Part shown: in pieces, positions 27,063 to 36,162 of the stretch
Layout: every line of letters begins with the position of its first letter
Position numbering within the stretch: the first letter of the stretch is position 1
Source of the DNA: Nitrospinota bacterium
GTDB taxonomy: Bacteria; Nitrospinota; Nitrospinia; Nitrospinales; VA-1
DNA: 64,000 nt
Direction: 5' to 3'
NCBI GenBank assembly: GCA_009873635.1
Contig: WAHY01000003.1
Span: 141,678-205,677, forward strand
Position numbers and translations under genes: made by a program
Notes under the pieces: generated by a model
The model's input: only the letters and a program-made list of their open reading frames with translations
Database searches by the model: none
Told to the model about the DNA's origin: nothing

Positions 27063-27803
27063 GTGTCTGTCGCTGAAGAAAATTTCTCCGCTAAATTTGA
27101 GGAAACCGCGGCTGGAATCAAGCACAGGGGTGCTTATTACCAGGAAGATGCCAGTGAAAAAGGCTTGGCACTTCTTGAAGCCAAGTTTAAAGACACAAAA
27201 ATATACTGGCTGGTGGATGTTAAGGAAGACCGTATTTTCAGCGCACGTTTTTTTGCTTATGGAGGAAAGGTCTCTCTGGTGATAGGAGAAACGCTTTGCA
27301 CAATGGTGGAAGGGTTGACCGTGGATGAAGCCTGTTCACTTTTGAAAACCGATGTGGAAGCACGGCTTCGTGATGAGCCGGATGTGCCTTCTATTCCCGA
27401 ATCCAAGATGAAGGCTTTTGATACCATTGAAGAATTATTGAAAATGGCGAAAGAGCAGTACCCTTCGGCAAAAGGGGTGGCTGTTGCCAGTGCTAACATC
27501 AATAAGGAAGATTTTCAATCCACGACAGAATTGAACATGATGGCCCAGGCGTGGCTGGGATTGTCAAAAGAGGAGCAAAAAGAACAGGTAGAAATTGTCC
27601 TGGATGAACACATCCGCCCGGCCCTAATGAATGACGGGGGTAATGTTCAAGTCCTGGATATAACAGATGGTGAGAAAATTTTAATTCAATACCAGGGTGC
27701 ATGTGGCAGTTGCGGCTCCTCTATGGGAGCTACCTTGTCATTTATGGAGTCAACCCTGAGAAAACATATCTACAACGAAATAAATGTTGTTCCACAGATG
27801 TAA
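27063..27803 (+). CDS. NifU-family Fe-S scaffold/carrier protein (C-terminal Nfu domain)
   Basis: 246-codon ORF (GTG start, SD 'AAGGA' 6 nt upstream). The C-terminus 'IRPALMNDGGNVQVLDITDGEKILIQYQGACGSCGSSMGATL' carries the CxxC Nfu motif. Confidence 0.8.
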   Translation: MSVAEENFSAKFEETAAGIKHRGAYYQEDASEKGLALLEAKFKDTKIYWLVDVKEDRIFSARFFAYGGKVSLVIGETLCTMVEGLTVDEACSLLKTDVEARLRDEPDVPSIPESKMKAFDTIEELLKMAKEQYPSAKGVAVASANINKEDFQSTTELNMMAQAWLGLSKEEQKEQVEIVLDEHIRPALMNDGGNVQVLDITDGEKILIQYQGACGSCGSSMGATLSFMESTLRKHIYNEINVVPQM

Positions 27804-27824
27804 CTTGTTACCCGGAGATAAAAG

Positions 27825-29276
27825 ATGAGTGAAGAGCAAAACTCCGTTTCAGATATTTTAGAAGACAATGCCTATAAATACGGGTTCACCACAGATGTTG
27901 AATCGGAAACCTTTGCAAAAGGGTTGAACGAGGATGTTGTTCGTGCCATCTCTAAAAAGAAGAAAGAGCCACAGTTTATGCTCGACTTCAGGTTGAAGGC
28001 ATTTGAAAAGTGGAAAACCATGAAAGAGCCAGAGTGGCCGAATGTGCATTATCCACCCATCGATTTCCAGGATATTTCCTATTACTCTGCTCCAAAGAAA
28101 AAGAAGCAGCTGGAAAGTCTCGATGAAGTGGACCCGGAAGTCCTGCGTACTTTCGAAAAACTGGGTATTCCTCTGGATGAGCAAAAGAAGCTGGCAAATG
28201 TAGCGGTGGATGCAGTGTTCGACAGTGTCAGTGTGGCCACCACCCATAAGAAAAAACTCATGGAAGTGGGTATCATCTTCTGTTCAATCTCTGAAGCCTT
28301 GCAGGAATATCCTGAGCTGGTAGAAGAGTATCTCGGTACCGTGGTTCCTGTAGGTGATAATTATTATGCCGCACTGAACAGCGCGGTGTTTACGGATGGT
28401 TCATTTGTCTACATTCCACCGGACACGATCAGCCCTATGGAGATATCCACCTATTTCCGTATCAATACTGAAGAGACTGGGCAGTTTGAGAGAACTTTGA
28501 TCATTTGCGCGGAAAACAGCTATGTGTCCTATCTGGAAGGATGTACGGCACCACAGTTTGACACCAACCAGCTGCATGCGGCAGTGGTTGAACTGGTAAC
28601 CCTTGAAAACGCAGAGATCAAATACAGCACCGTGCAAAACTGGTATGCCGGAGATAAGGAAACCGGTCAGGGAGGCATATATAACTTTGTTACCAAGCGG
28701 GGCAAATGTCAGGGTGATAATTCCAAAATTTCTTGGACCCAGGTTGAGACTGGTTCGGCAATCACCTGGAAATACCCAAGTTGTCTTCTTATGGGGGATA
28801 ACACCACTGGAGAATTTTACTCGGTTGCATTGACCAACGGGCATATGCAGGCTGATACCGGTACAAAGATGATCCATGTTGGTAAGAACACACGTTCGAG
28901 TATTATTTCAAAAGGTATATCTGCTGATTATTCCAGTAACAGTTATCGAGGTCAGGTGAAGGTGGGCAAAAACGCCACCAATGCAAGAAACTACAGCCAG
29001 TGCGACAGTATGCTGGTTGGTGATAAAAGCAGTGCTCACACTTTCCCTTATATTGAAACCGCCAATAGTTCGGTTCAGGTCGAGCATGAAGCCGCCACTT
29101 CAAAGATAAGCGAAGACCAGCTCTTCTATTTTGAATCGAGAGGAATTTCCCGGGAAAATGCGATCGAAGCGGTTATTAATGGGTTCTGTAAAGAAGTTTT
29201 CAAACAATTGCCAATGGAGTTTGCTGTTGAAGCTCAAAAACTGCTGACGCTCAAACTTGAAGACAGTGTAGGTTGA
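27825..29276 (+). CDS. sufB: Fe-S cluster assembly protein SufB
   Basis: 483-codon ORF. Typical SufB blocks 'YKYGF', '[11 protein letters not shown]', '[18 protein letters not shown]' and '[15 protein letters not shown]'. Confidence 0.95.
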   Translation: MSEEQNSVSDILEDNAYKYGFTTDVESETFAKGLNEDVVRAISKKKKEPQFMLDFRLKAFEKWKTMKEPEWPNVHYPPIDFQDISYYSAPKKKKQLESLDEVDPEVLRTFEKLGIPLDEQKKLANVAVDAVFDSVSVATTHKKKLMEVGIIFCSISEALQEYPELVEEYLGTVVPVGDNYYAALNSAVFTDGSFVYIPPDTISPMEISTYFRINTEETGQFERTLIICAENSYVSYLEGCTAPQFDTNQLHAAVVELVTLENAEIKYSTVQNWYAGDKETGQGGIYNFVTKRGKCQGDNSKISWTQVETGSAITWKYPSCLLMGDNTTGEFYSVALTNGHMQADTGTKMIHVGKNTRSSIISKGISADYSSNSYRGQVKVGKNATNARNYSQCDSMLVGDKSSAHTFPYIETANSSVQVEHEAATSKISEDQLFYFESRGISRENAIEAVINGFCKEVFKQLPMEFAVEAQKLLTLKLEDSVG

Positions 29277-29333
29277 TTGTTGTCGAGGCTGTTAAGCAGC
29301 TTTGGTTTTGGACAAAATTCAAATAGCTCCTGT

Positions 29334-29357
29334 GTTGGTTCTCACCAACTTTTTTTT
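29334..29357 (+). terminator. Terminator-like hairpin inside the suf operon (possible attenuator)
   Basis: GTTGGT-tctc-ACCAAC followed by T8, in the 124-nt sufB-sufC spacer. The stem is only 6 bp with moderate GC, so it is weak. Confidence 0.4.
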
Positions 29358-29400
29358 CGGGGAACTTGCAGGGCTTTTTTTATTGATTGAGGAAAAGTGA

Positions 29401-30147
29401 ATGCTTGAAATTAAAGATTTGCATGCGGGGTTTGATGGGAATGAGATTATAAAAGGCATTTCCCTTTCGATTAAGAAAGGAGAGATCCACGCTGTGATGG
29501 GACCCAATGGTTCAGGAAAAAGTACTATGGCTAAAATCCTGTCTGGTCACCCATCCTATGAAACCATGAGCGGAGAGATTCTTTTCGAGGAAGAAAACCT
29601 TCTGGATATGGATGCGGAAGAAAGGTCCCTGGCTGGCATTTTTATGGGTTTTCAATATCCGGTGGAAGTGCCAGGTGTGAATAATGCTGAGTTCCTGCGT
29701 ATGGCTCATAATGCCCGAAGAATTAAGGCTGGTGAAGACGAAATTGATCCTCTTGACTTTGACGATCTGCTGTCTGAAAAAATGAAATTACTTGGTATGG
29801 AAAAAAAGTATAAGGAGAGAAACCTCAACGACGGGTTTTCAGGAGGAGAGAAAAAGAAAAATGAGATATTGCAAATGGCAATTCTCGAACCCAAACTTTC
29901 CATTCTGGATGAGACAGACTCAGGGCTTGATATTGATGCCCTCCGGGTTGTGTCGGAAGGCGTTAATAAACTGAGAAACGAGAATAATTCGCTCATCCTC
30001 ATCACTCATTACCAGCGCTTGCTGGACTATATTAAACCCGATTATGTTCATGTTCTCAGCAAAGGAAAAATTGTCAAGTCTGGGGATAAAAACCTGGCGC
30101 TCGAACTTGAATCCCAGGGCTATGACTGGGTAACGACTGCGAATTAA
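29401..30147 (+). CDS. sufC: Fe-S cluster assembly ATPase SufC
   Basis: 248-codon ORF. Walker A 'GPNGSGKST', signature '[10 protein letters not shown]', Walker B '[12 protein letters not shown]'. Confidence 0.95.
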   Translation: MLEIKDLHAGFDGNEIIKGISLSIKKGEIHAVMGPNGSGKSTMAKILSGHPSYETMSGEILFEEENLLDMDAEERSLAGIFMGFQYPVEVPGVNNAEFLRMAHNARRIKAGEDEIDPLDFDDLLSEKMKLLGMEKKYKERNLNDGFSGGEKKKNEILQMAILEPKLSILDETDSGLDIDALRVVSEGVNKLRNENNSLILITHYQRLLDYIKPDYVHVLSKGKIVKSGDKNLALELESQGYDWVTTAN

Positions 30148-30155
30148 GGAGAAGT

Positions 30156-31460
30156 ATGTCAGATGCACTCGTAGAGTCCAGCGCTGAGTCAGCGTTTCTG
30201 GATTTACATAAAAAACTTATTGAAAAAGAAAGCCCTGCTTTGGCTGAGCTCCAGCAAGTTGCTTTGAATCGCTTTGAGTTGTTGGGTTTCCCTCACTCCA
30301 GGCACGAGATGTACACCTACCTGAATACCAAAGAACTGGCTGATACAGCGTTTGGTCTTGCTGAAGACTTTGGCAGAGTTTCTGAAGATTTTATTGCTAG
30401 TCATATTTATCCTGGTTGTGAGCATCAATGCCTTGTATTTATCGATGGAATTTTCAATAGTGACTTGTCTAAGTTTGATGGATTGAACGCCACTCTCATT
30501 CCATTATCGGAAGCCATGCAAGATCTGCAGTTAAAAAAATATTTGCTGGAAACCGCAGAAAATGAAAATGATGTATTTGCTTCTCTCAGTTCTGCGTTTT
30601 CTCGTGAGGGCTTGGTGATCAAGGTTGGCGATAACACTCAAGTTTCAGGACCGGTTCAGGTTCTTTTTATTTCAACCGGCGGAAGCCCGGTTATGCATAC
30701 TCCCAGGCTGGTTTGGCAGTTGGGTAAGCTCTCAGAAGTAAAGGTTATAGAAAAATTTGTGGGTACTGAAAAAGGTTATTTTTCCAACTCTGTTCAGGAC
30801 TGGTTGTTGGAAGAAGGCGCGGGAGTTTGCTTCACGCAGGTTCAGGCGGATGTTACTGATTCCTGGCATTTTTCCAAAACACGTGTCCAATTGGATCGGA
30901 ACTCACGGTTTTATTCTTCAAATGCTTCTTCAGGAACCCGGCTGACAAGGCATCATTTTGAGGCGCGCCTGAAAGATGAAGGGGCTGAGTTGAGGTTAAA
31001 TGGAGTCAGTGTGCTTGATGACAAGGAGCAAGTCCATAACTTTATCAGGATCCATCATGAAGCACCACAATGTATCAGTCATCAGCATTTTAAAAACATT
31101 GTCAACGGTCATGCCCGATCCAGCTTCGATGGAACCGTGATTGTGAACCAGGGTGCTCAGTTGACCAGCTCTGACCAGTTGATCAACAATCTTATGCTTT
31201 CCAATGATTGCCATGCGGACAATAAACCAAACCTGATGATTTTTGCTGATGATGTAAAATGTACTCATGGAGCGACCATAGGACAGATTGACGAGGAACA
31301 GTGGTTCTACCTGCAAACGCGAGGTCTTTCTGCGAAAGCTGCTAAAGAACTTCTAACTCGAAGCTTTGCTAAAAGTATTATTGATACTATTGAGTTTCCT
31401 GAAGTGGTGAGTGACTTGAATAGTACTCTTCTTAAGAAACTGGAGGTCCGTAATGTCTGA
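30156..31460 (+). CDS. sufD: Fe-S cluster assembly protein SufD
   Basis: 434-codon ORF between sufC and sufS. The C-terminal beta-helix region 'CTHGATIGQIDEEQWFYLQTRGLS' is typical of SufB/D. Confidence 0.9.
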   Translation: MSDALVESSAESAFLDLHKKLIEKESPALAELQQVALNRFELLGFPHSRHEMYTYLNTKELADTAFGLAEDFGRVSEDFIASHIYPGCEHQCLVFIDGIFNSDLSKFDGLNATLIPLSEAMQDLQLKKYLLETAENENDVFASLSSAFSREGLVIKVGDNTQVSGPVQVLFISTGGSPVMHTPRLVWQLGKLSEVKVIEKFVGTEKGYFSNSVQDWLLEEGAGVCFTQVQADVTDSWHFSKTRVQLDRNSRFYSSNASSGTRLTRHHFEARLKDEGAELRLNGVSVLDDKEQVHNFIRIHHEAPQCISHQHFKNIVNGHARSSFDGTVIVNQGAQLTSSDQLINNLMLSNDCHADNKPNLMIFADDVKCTHGATIGQIDEEQWFYLQTRGLSAKAAKELLTRSFAKSIIDTIEFPEVVSDLNSTLLKKLEVRNV

Positions 31461-32712
31461 GTCCGGCACGAATGTTACGGAAAATGCTTTAGATATAGAA
31501 AAGATCCAAAAAGATTTTCCCATTCTTTCCACGACGGTTCGTGGAAAACCCCTGATCTATCTTGATAATGCCGCAACGACCCATAAACCGGCCTCAGTTA
31601 TTGAGAGAGTCAGCAACTTTGACGCGGAAGAATATGGCACAGTCCGACGCGGAGCTTACAAGCTGAGCGAAAATGCCACTCTGCTCTATGAAGAAGTGCG
31701 CCAGAAGGTGGCTGATTTTATGGGAGCCGACAAGAAAGGTGAAATCGTTTTTACCAGCGGTACCACACAGTCCATAAACCTTGTGGCTCACAGCTTTGGC
31801 AGGCGGTTTGTGAATGAGGGGGATGAAATAATCATTTCCACGATCGAACATCACGCTAACACAGTTCCTTGGCAGGTTCTTTGTGAAGAGCGTGGGGCAA
31901 AACTTAAAGTCATTCCTGTAAACGATGATGGTGAACTGGTTATGGAAGAATATGAAAAACTTCTTTCTTCCAAAACTCGAATGGTTGCGGTTAACCATGT
32001 CTCTAATGCATTGGGAACGATCAATCCAGTCAAAGAAATTACAGAAAAAGCTCACGCAGCAGGTGCAAAGGTATTGGTGGATGGAGCCCAAAGTACACCG
32101 CATATGAAAGTGGATGTTCAGGATATAGGTTGCGACTTTTATACATTCTCCGGCCACAAGATGTATGCTCCCAGTGGAATAGGCGGGGTTTATGGAAAAA
32201 TGGACTTGTGGGAAGAACTGCCGCCTTATGTGACGGGTGGAGACATGATCATGCAGGTGACGTTGGAAAAAACAACTTATGCCAAACCTCCTGCACGGTT
32301 TGAAGCGGGTACGCCACCCATAACTCAAGTGATAGGCCTAGGTGCGGCGATTGACTATTTGAATGAAATCGGTTTGGATAAAATTGCTGATTATGAAAAC
32401 ACGCTTCTCGAATATGGCACCCGGCTATTTAATGATATTGAAGGGGTGCGCATCATTGGGAATGCAAGTCATAAAGCCAGTATCATTTCTTTTTATATCG
32501 ATGCGGCGCATCCTCACGATGTAGTGACTTTGCTTGATCAGGACGGTATTTCTTGTCGCGGTGGTCACCATTGTGCCCAGCCTACAATGATGAGATATCA
32601 GGTTCCGGCTACCACAAGGGCTTCCATGGCTTTTTATAATAAGCCGGAAGAGTTGGATGCGTTGGCTGAAAGCGTTAAAAAATGCATACGTTTTTTCTCA
32701 CCGGAAGAATAA
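31453..32712 (+). CDS. sufS: Cysteine desulfurase SufS (class II)
   Basis: 419-codon ORF overlapping sufD by 8 nt. PLP-lysine region 'FYTFSGHKMYAPSGIG'. Active-site loop 'RGGHHCAQP'. Confidence 0.95.
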   Translation: MSESGTNVTENALDIEKIQKDFPILSTTVRGKPLIYLDNAATTHKPASVIERVSNFDAEEYGTVRRGAYKLSENATLLYEEVRQKVADFMGADKKGEIVFTSGTTQSINLVAHSFGRRFVNEGDEIIISTIEHHANTVPWQVLCEERGAKLKVIPVNDDGELVMEEYEKLLSSKTRMVAVNHVSNALGTINPVKEITEKAHAAGAKVLVDGAQSTPHMKVDVQDIGCDFYTFSGHKMYAPSGIGGVYGKMDLWEELPPYVTGGDMIMQVTLEKTTYAKPPARFEAGTPPITQVIGLGAAIDYLNEIGLDKIADYENTLLEYGTRLFNDIEGVRIIGNASHKASIISFYIDAAHPHDVVTLLDQDGISCRGGHHCAQPTMMRYQVPATTRASMAFYNKPEELDALAESVKKCIRFFSPEE

Positions 32713-32782
32713 GCAGCACACTCTGAAAACATTTTTGTTTACATGGTATAATCATAAGATCCATTAATAATTTAGATATCTC

Positions 32783-33241
32783 ATGTCTTACGATAACGAA
32801 CTATACCAGCAGGTAATCCTTGACCATAACAGGAAACCGAGAAACTTCCATGTCATTGAGAACGCAACTCATAATTGCCACGGTGTAAACCCACTTTGTG
32901 GTGATGATATCACTGTCTATCTAAATGTAGATGATGCGGCTGGAAAGATTGATGAAGTCAGTTTCCAGGGCTCTGGGTGTGCGATCTGTAAAGCCAGCAC
33001 TTCACTGATGACAACTTATCTCAAAGGCAAATCCGTTGAGGAAGCGAGGCAGTTGAAGGAAGAGTTTCATAAAATGATCCTCGGAGAACTGGACCCGGAA
33101 AAGGATGAGCATCACCTTGGCAAGCTGACCCTTTTTATGGGAATTCGCGAATATCCGTCACGTACAAAATGTGCAAGCCTGGCCTGGCATACCCTCGTTG
33201 GAGCATTAGACAAGAAATTCGACGGTGTCAGTACTGAATGA
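32783..33241 (+). CDS. sufU: SufU-type sulfur transfer/scaffold protein
   Basis: 152-codon ORF with 'NPLCGDDITVYL', 'GSGCAICKAS' and the C-terminal 'RTKCASL' cysteines. Confidence 0.85.
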   Translation: MSYDNELYQQVILDHNRKPRNFHVIENATHNCHGVNPLCGDDITVYLNVDDAAGKIDEVSFQGSGCAICKASTSLMTTYLKGKSVEEARQLKEEFHKMILGELDPEKDEHHLGKLTLFMGIREYPSRTKCASLAWHTLVGALDKKFDGVSTE

Positions 33242-33256
33242 TTCGGAGGCTCTTCC

Positions 33257-34318
33257 GTGTCTTCCAAACTATTTTCACATGATCTGGATTCCCAGACCCG
33301 ACCGGGTGATTTAATCAAACAGCTTGATAATGAAAACCTGATTTGCACTGCCTGCGGGCATTTATGCAAGCTAAAGCCGAATCAGAGGGGTATCTGTAAG
33401 GTACGCTTCAACTCTAATGGCACCTTGATGGTGCCTTTCAATTATTCCGCGGGCATTCAAAACGATCCCATAGAAAAAAAACCTTTTTTCCACGCGCTTC
33501 CCGGCAGTCTGGCTTTGAGCTTCGGGATGCTTGGTTGCGATTTTCGCTGCGCCTATTGCCAGAACTGGTTCACTTCTCAAAGTATGAGAGACGAAGCTTC
33601 AACGGTGCGTTCCAATCCTGTGACAGCTGGTGAAATATGTGATCTGGCAGAGCAGAAGGGGGCAAAGGTAGTGGTTTCCACATACAACGAACCTTTGATA
33701 ACCAGTGAATGGGCGGTGGAGGTTTTTCAGGAGGCTAAGAAAAGAGGGCTTGGTACGGCCTATGTATCCAATGGGCATGGTACTCCAGAAGTGCTTGAAT
33801 ACCTGCGGCCCTGGGTCGATCTGTTTAAGATAGACCTGAAAAGTTTTTCAGAAAAGGAATATCGCCGTTTGGGCGGCAACCTTTCCGCGGTGCTGGAGAC
33901 AATTCAAACTGTTTATGAAATGGGGACATGGCTGGAGTTGGTCAGCTTGTTGATTCCCGGTTATAACGACTCTGATTCGGAGTTGATCAAAATGGCTGAG
34001 TTTATCTCCGGAGTTTCACCAGGCATCCCCTGGCATGTGACAGCTTTTCATCCGGACTATAAAATGCAGGATAGAGGACGAACCCCAGTGGAGACCCTGT
34101 TGAGAGCCACCCGGCATGGCAGGGAAGCTGGACTTCAATTTGTATACTCCGGCAATTTACCGGGACAGGTGAAAGATAACGAGAATACTTATTGTCCAAG
34201 TTGTCAACACCTTCTTGTTGAGAGAAAGGGATTTCGAGTTTTGTCCTTGAAATTAAAAGGCGATCATTGTCCCTCTTGCGATGCCAGGGTTCCTGGGCGG
34301 TGGATTAATTTTTGTTAA
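33257..34318 (+). CDS. AmmeMemoRadiSam-system radical SAM enzyme (AmrS-like)
   Basis: 353-codon ORF (GTG start) 15 nt after sufU. N-terminal 'CTACGHLCKLKPNQRGICKVR', 'DPIEKKPFFHALPGS', radical SAM 'GCDFRCAYCQNW', C-terminal 'CPSCQHLL...CPSC'. Confidence 0.75.
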   Translation: MSSKLFSHDLDSQTRPGDLIKQLDNENLICTACGHLCKLKPNQRGICKVRFNSNGTLMVPFNYSAGIQNDPIEKKPFFHALPGSLALSFGMLGCDFRCAYCQNWFTSQSMRDEASTVRSNPVTAGEICDLAEQKGAKVVVSTYNEPLITSEWAVEVFQEAKKRGLGTAYVSNGHGTPEVLEYLRPWVDLFKIDLKSFSEKEYRRLGGNLSAVLETIQTVYEMGTWLELVSLLIPGYNDSDSELIKMAEFISGVSPGIPWHVTAFHPDYKMQDRGRTPVETLLRATRHGREAGLQFVYSGNLPGQVKDNENTYCPSCQHLLVERKGFRVLSLKLKGDHCPSCDARVPGRWINFC

Positions 34319-34437
34319 TAACCTGGCATTTTGGTCCTGATGGAATAAGAGACAAACGTTATGAGTGTGCAATGCCAGTTGCTTGATTGGGCAGGTGGCG
34401 TTATCATTTCAATAGTTGAATTTATAAACAGCAGAGA

Positions 34438-35082
34438 ATGATGGCGAAATATCGACTGATTTTCTTTTTTTTCATATATTTCACTTTGTTGCCGGGTGTG
34501 GTCCATGCAAAACCGGATGACGGAAGCTCGTCGCTCAAACCGGCCAATATTGAAGGGTTCCGTTCTGCTTTGTTTGGAATGGAAGAGCGAGATGTGTTGA
34601 GGGCTATCTTTAAAGATTTTAAAATTAGCCGCAAGCAGGTTAGACGTGATGAGCATCCAGAAGAAAAAACTTTGTACCTGAGCATTCGTGTCGATAAGCT
34701 GTTGCCAAATAGTGGTCCTGCAAAAATATTTTATATCTTCGGACATAAATCAAGCCGCCTGATGCAAATCAATGTAGTTTGGGGCAGGCCGGCGACAAAT
34801 AAACCAGATCCCCAGAATGTGGTTGCGGTTGCCAACCAGTTGCGCAATCATTTTTCCCAGAAAAGTTATAGGAAGGAAGGGCTGGCCCTGAACGCGAAAC
34901 TGAGTGAAGATATCATTCTGGTTTTTCAGGGGATGGACAAAAAAGGCCGTGCCGTGAAGTTGGTTCTGGTTAATCCAAAAACCGATTCCGATAAAGTGGG
35001 TGAAAACATTTCCCTTACTCTTTCCTACATCGAAAAACCCGGCAAACCTGATGTCTTTCGTATCAAAGAGGGTGATTTTTAA
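34438..35082 (+). CDS. Hypothetical exported protein
   Basis: 214-codon ORF with signal peptide 'MMAKYRLIFFFFIYFTLLPGVVHA'. Preferred over the overlapping minus-strand ORF 34315..34746. Confidence 0.55.
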   Translation: MMAKYRLIFFFFIYFTLLPGVVHAKPDDGSSSLKPANIEGFRSALFGMEERDVLRAIFKDFKISRKQVRRDEHPEEKTLYLSIRVDKLLPNSGPAKIFYIFGHKSSRLMQINVVWGRPATNKPDPQNVVAVANQLRNHFSQKSYRKEGLALNAKLSEDIILVFQGMDKKGRAVKLVLVNPKTDSDKVGENISLTLSYIEKPGKPDVFRIKEGDF

Positions 35083-35308
35083 AAGTTCATACCTTCGTAA
35101 ATCCTAAACCTTTATTTATGCGTGACCGCGGGCGACTAAAAAGAGAGTGACCTTTATATTTTTTTGGAATTTCGTGCCCGAACAGTAGTTCCGGTCTTTT
35201 CTTTTTTCGACTTACCCTTACGCTTAGTATGCTAGTATTGGACAATCTTTTTTCAATTAATAAGATAGGTTTCCTGATTATCATAAAATTAAGTGCTGGG
35301 AGAATATT

Positions 35309-35776
35309 GTGAAAAACAAGAAACAAGTGGGCAAGGCGTTGGGTAGGGTGGCTAGTGGATTGTTTGTGGTCACTGCCAAATGTGAAGATAAAGAGGATGC
35401 GGTATTGGCAAGCTGGGTCAACCAGTGCTCGTTTGATCCGCCTGCATTAACCACTGCTTTGGCGACATTGCGATCGGCACGGCTTTTGGTTGAAGCATCG
35501 GGGTCTTTTATCGTCAACGTTCTGCCTAAAGATGATATGAGCTTATTGAAACACTTCAGTCGTCCTCCTGAAGACATTTTCAAAGGTGTTAAAACCCGAA
35601 AAGGGCTGGATGGTATTCGTATTTTAACTGAAGCAGTTTCTTATCTCGAATGCGAGGTGGTCCAGGCAATGCAGGCTGGAGACCATGTTGTTTATGTCGG
35701 TGAAGTTGTGGGGGGTAAATCTCTCAAAGGGGGAGACCCTTACATTCATGTGCGTGACAACGGGTTTGGATATTGA
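35309..35776 (+). CDS. Flavin reductase-like domain protein
   Basis: 155-codon ORF (GTG start). 'ASGLFVVTAK...AVLASWVNQCSFDPPALTTAL' and 'GDHVVYVGEVV' fit the flavin reductase (split-barrel) family. Confidence 0.8.
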   Translation: MKNKKQVGKALGRVASGLFVVTAKCEDKEDAVLASWVNQCSFDPPALTTALATLRSARLLVEASGSFIVNVLPKDDMSLLKHFSRPPEDIFKGVKTRKGLDGIRILTEAVSYLECEVVQAMQAGDHVVYVGEVVGGKSLKGGDPYIHVRDNGFGY

Positions 35777-35872
35777 TTCCCTCTAACGAGGGAGGAAACT
35801 AGATATTACTTTTAAGCCGGGATAACACTTTGTAGGCCAGATAAGGCTATTGCTCATAGGCACGCCTGCTGA

Positions 35873-36142
35873 TTATTGTTCGAGACCTATCATTTTAAGT
35901 AGGTCTGTCCGGGTGATGGCCCAATAAGCACCGGTGATCAAAAACGCCACGACACCAATGAGCAAGGCGCCTAGCTTGACCATTCTTTTCGGGTCGGCTT
36001 CGTAATAATCCTTCAGGTCGCCAGCCATGCTTTCAACAACCCCCTCATCGGCAGATTTGCGAAAGGTTTTGTCTATTGCATCGCGTCCATATATGATCCC
36101 GAAGATCAGAGCGATGATCAGTATTTCAATGGCACCTATCAT
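35873..36142 (-). CDS. Small two-TM membrane protein
   Basis: 89-codon ORF 20 nt downstream of the 842-aa gene on the same strand. Hydrophobic ends 'MIGAIEILIIALIFGIIYG' and 'LGALLIGVVAFLITGAYWAI'. Confidence 0.5.
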   Translation of the reverse strand: MIGAIEILIIALIFGIIYGRDAIDKTFRKSADEGVVESMAGDLKDYYEADPKRMVKLGALLIGVVAFLITGAYWAITRTDLLKMIGLEQ

Positions 36143-36162
36143 GTTTTTCTGGTAATGGGGGG

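Noticed and set aside
31594-32328. Long antisense ORFs inside well-supported genes: 244 aa opposite sufS, 189 aa at 43354..43923 opposite the M1 aminopeptidase, 183 aa at 11680..12231 opposite gltX, 158 aa at 28401..28877 opposite sufB, 157 aa at 36309..36782, and 129 aa at 728..1117.
   Set aside because: Each lies wholly within a gene that has strong family motifs on the other strand. They have low-complexity or Cys/His/Arg-rich composition, no SD and no recognisable motif, which is typical of shadow ORFs.
34315-34746. A 143-aa minus-strand ORF overlapping the start of the 214-aa plus-strand ORF.
   Set aside because: The plus-strand ORF has a clean signal peptide and coding-like composition. 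The minus-strand product looks random and would collide with the AmrS-like gene's end.
35087-35326. A 79-aa minus-strand ORF in the spacer upstream of the flavin reductase gene.
   Set aside because: Arg/Lys/Ser-rich low-complexity product. It overlaps the flavin reductase start and has no SD.
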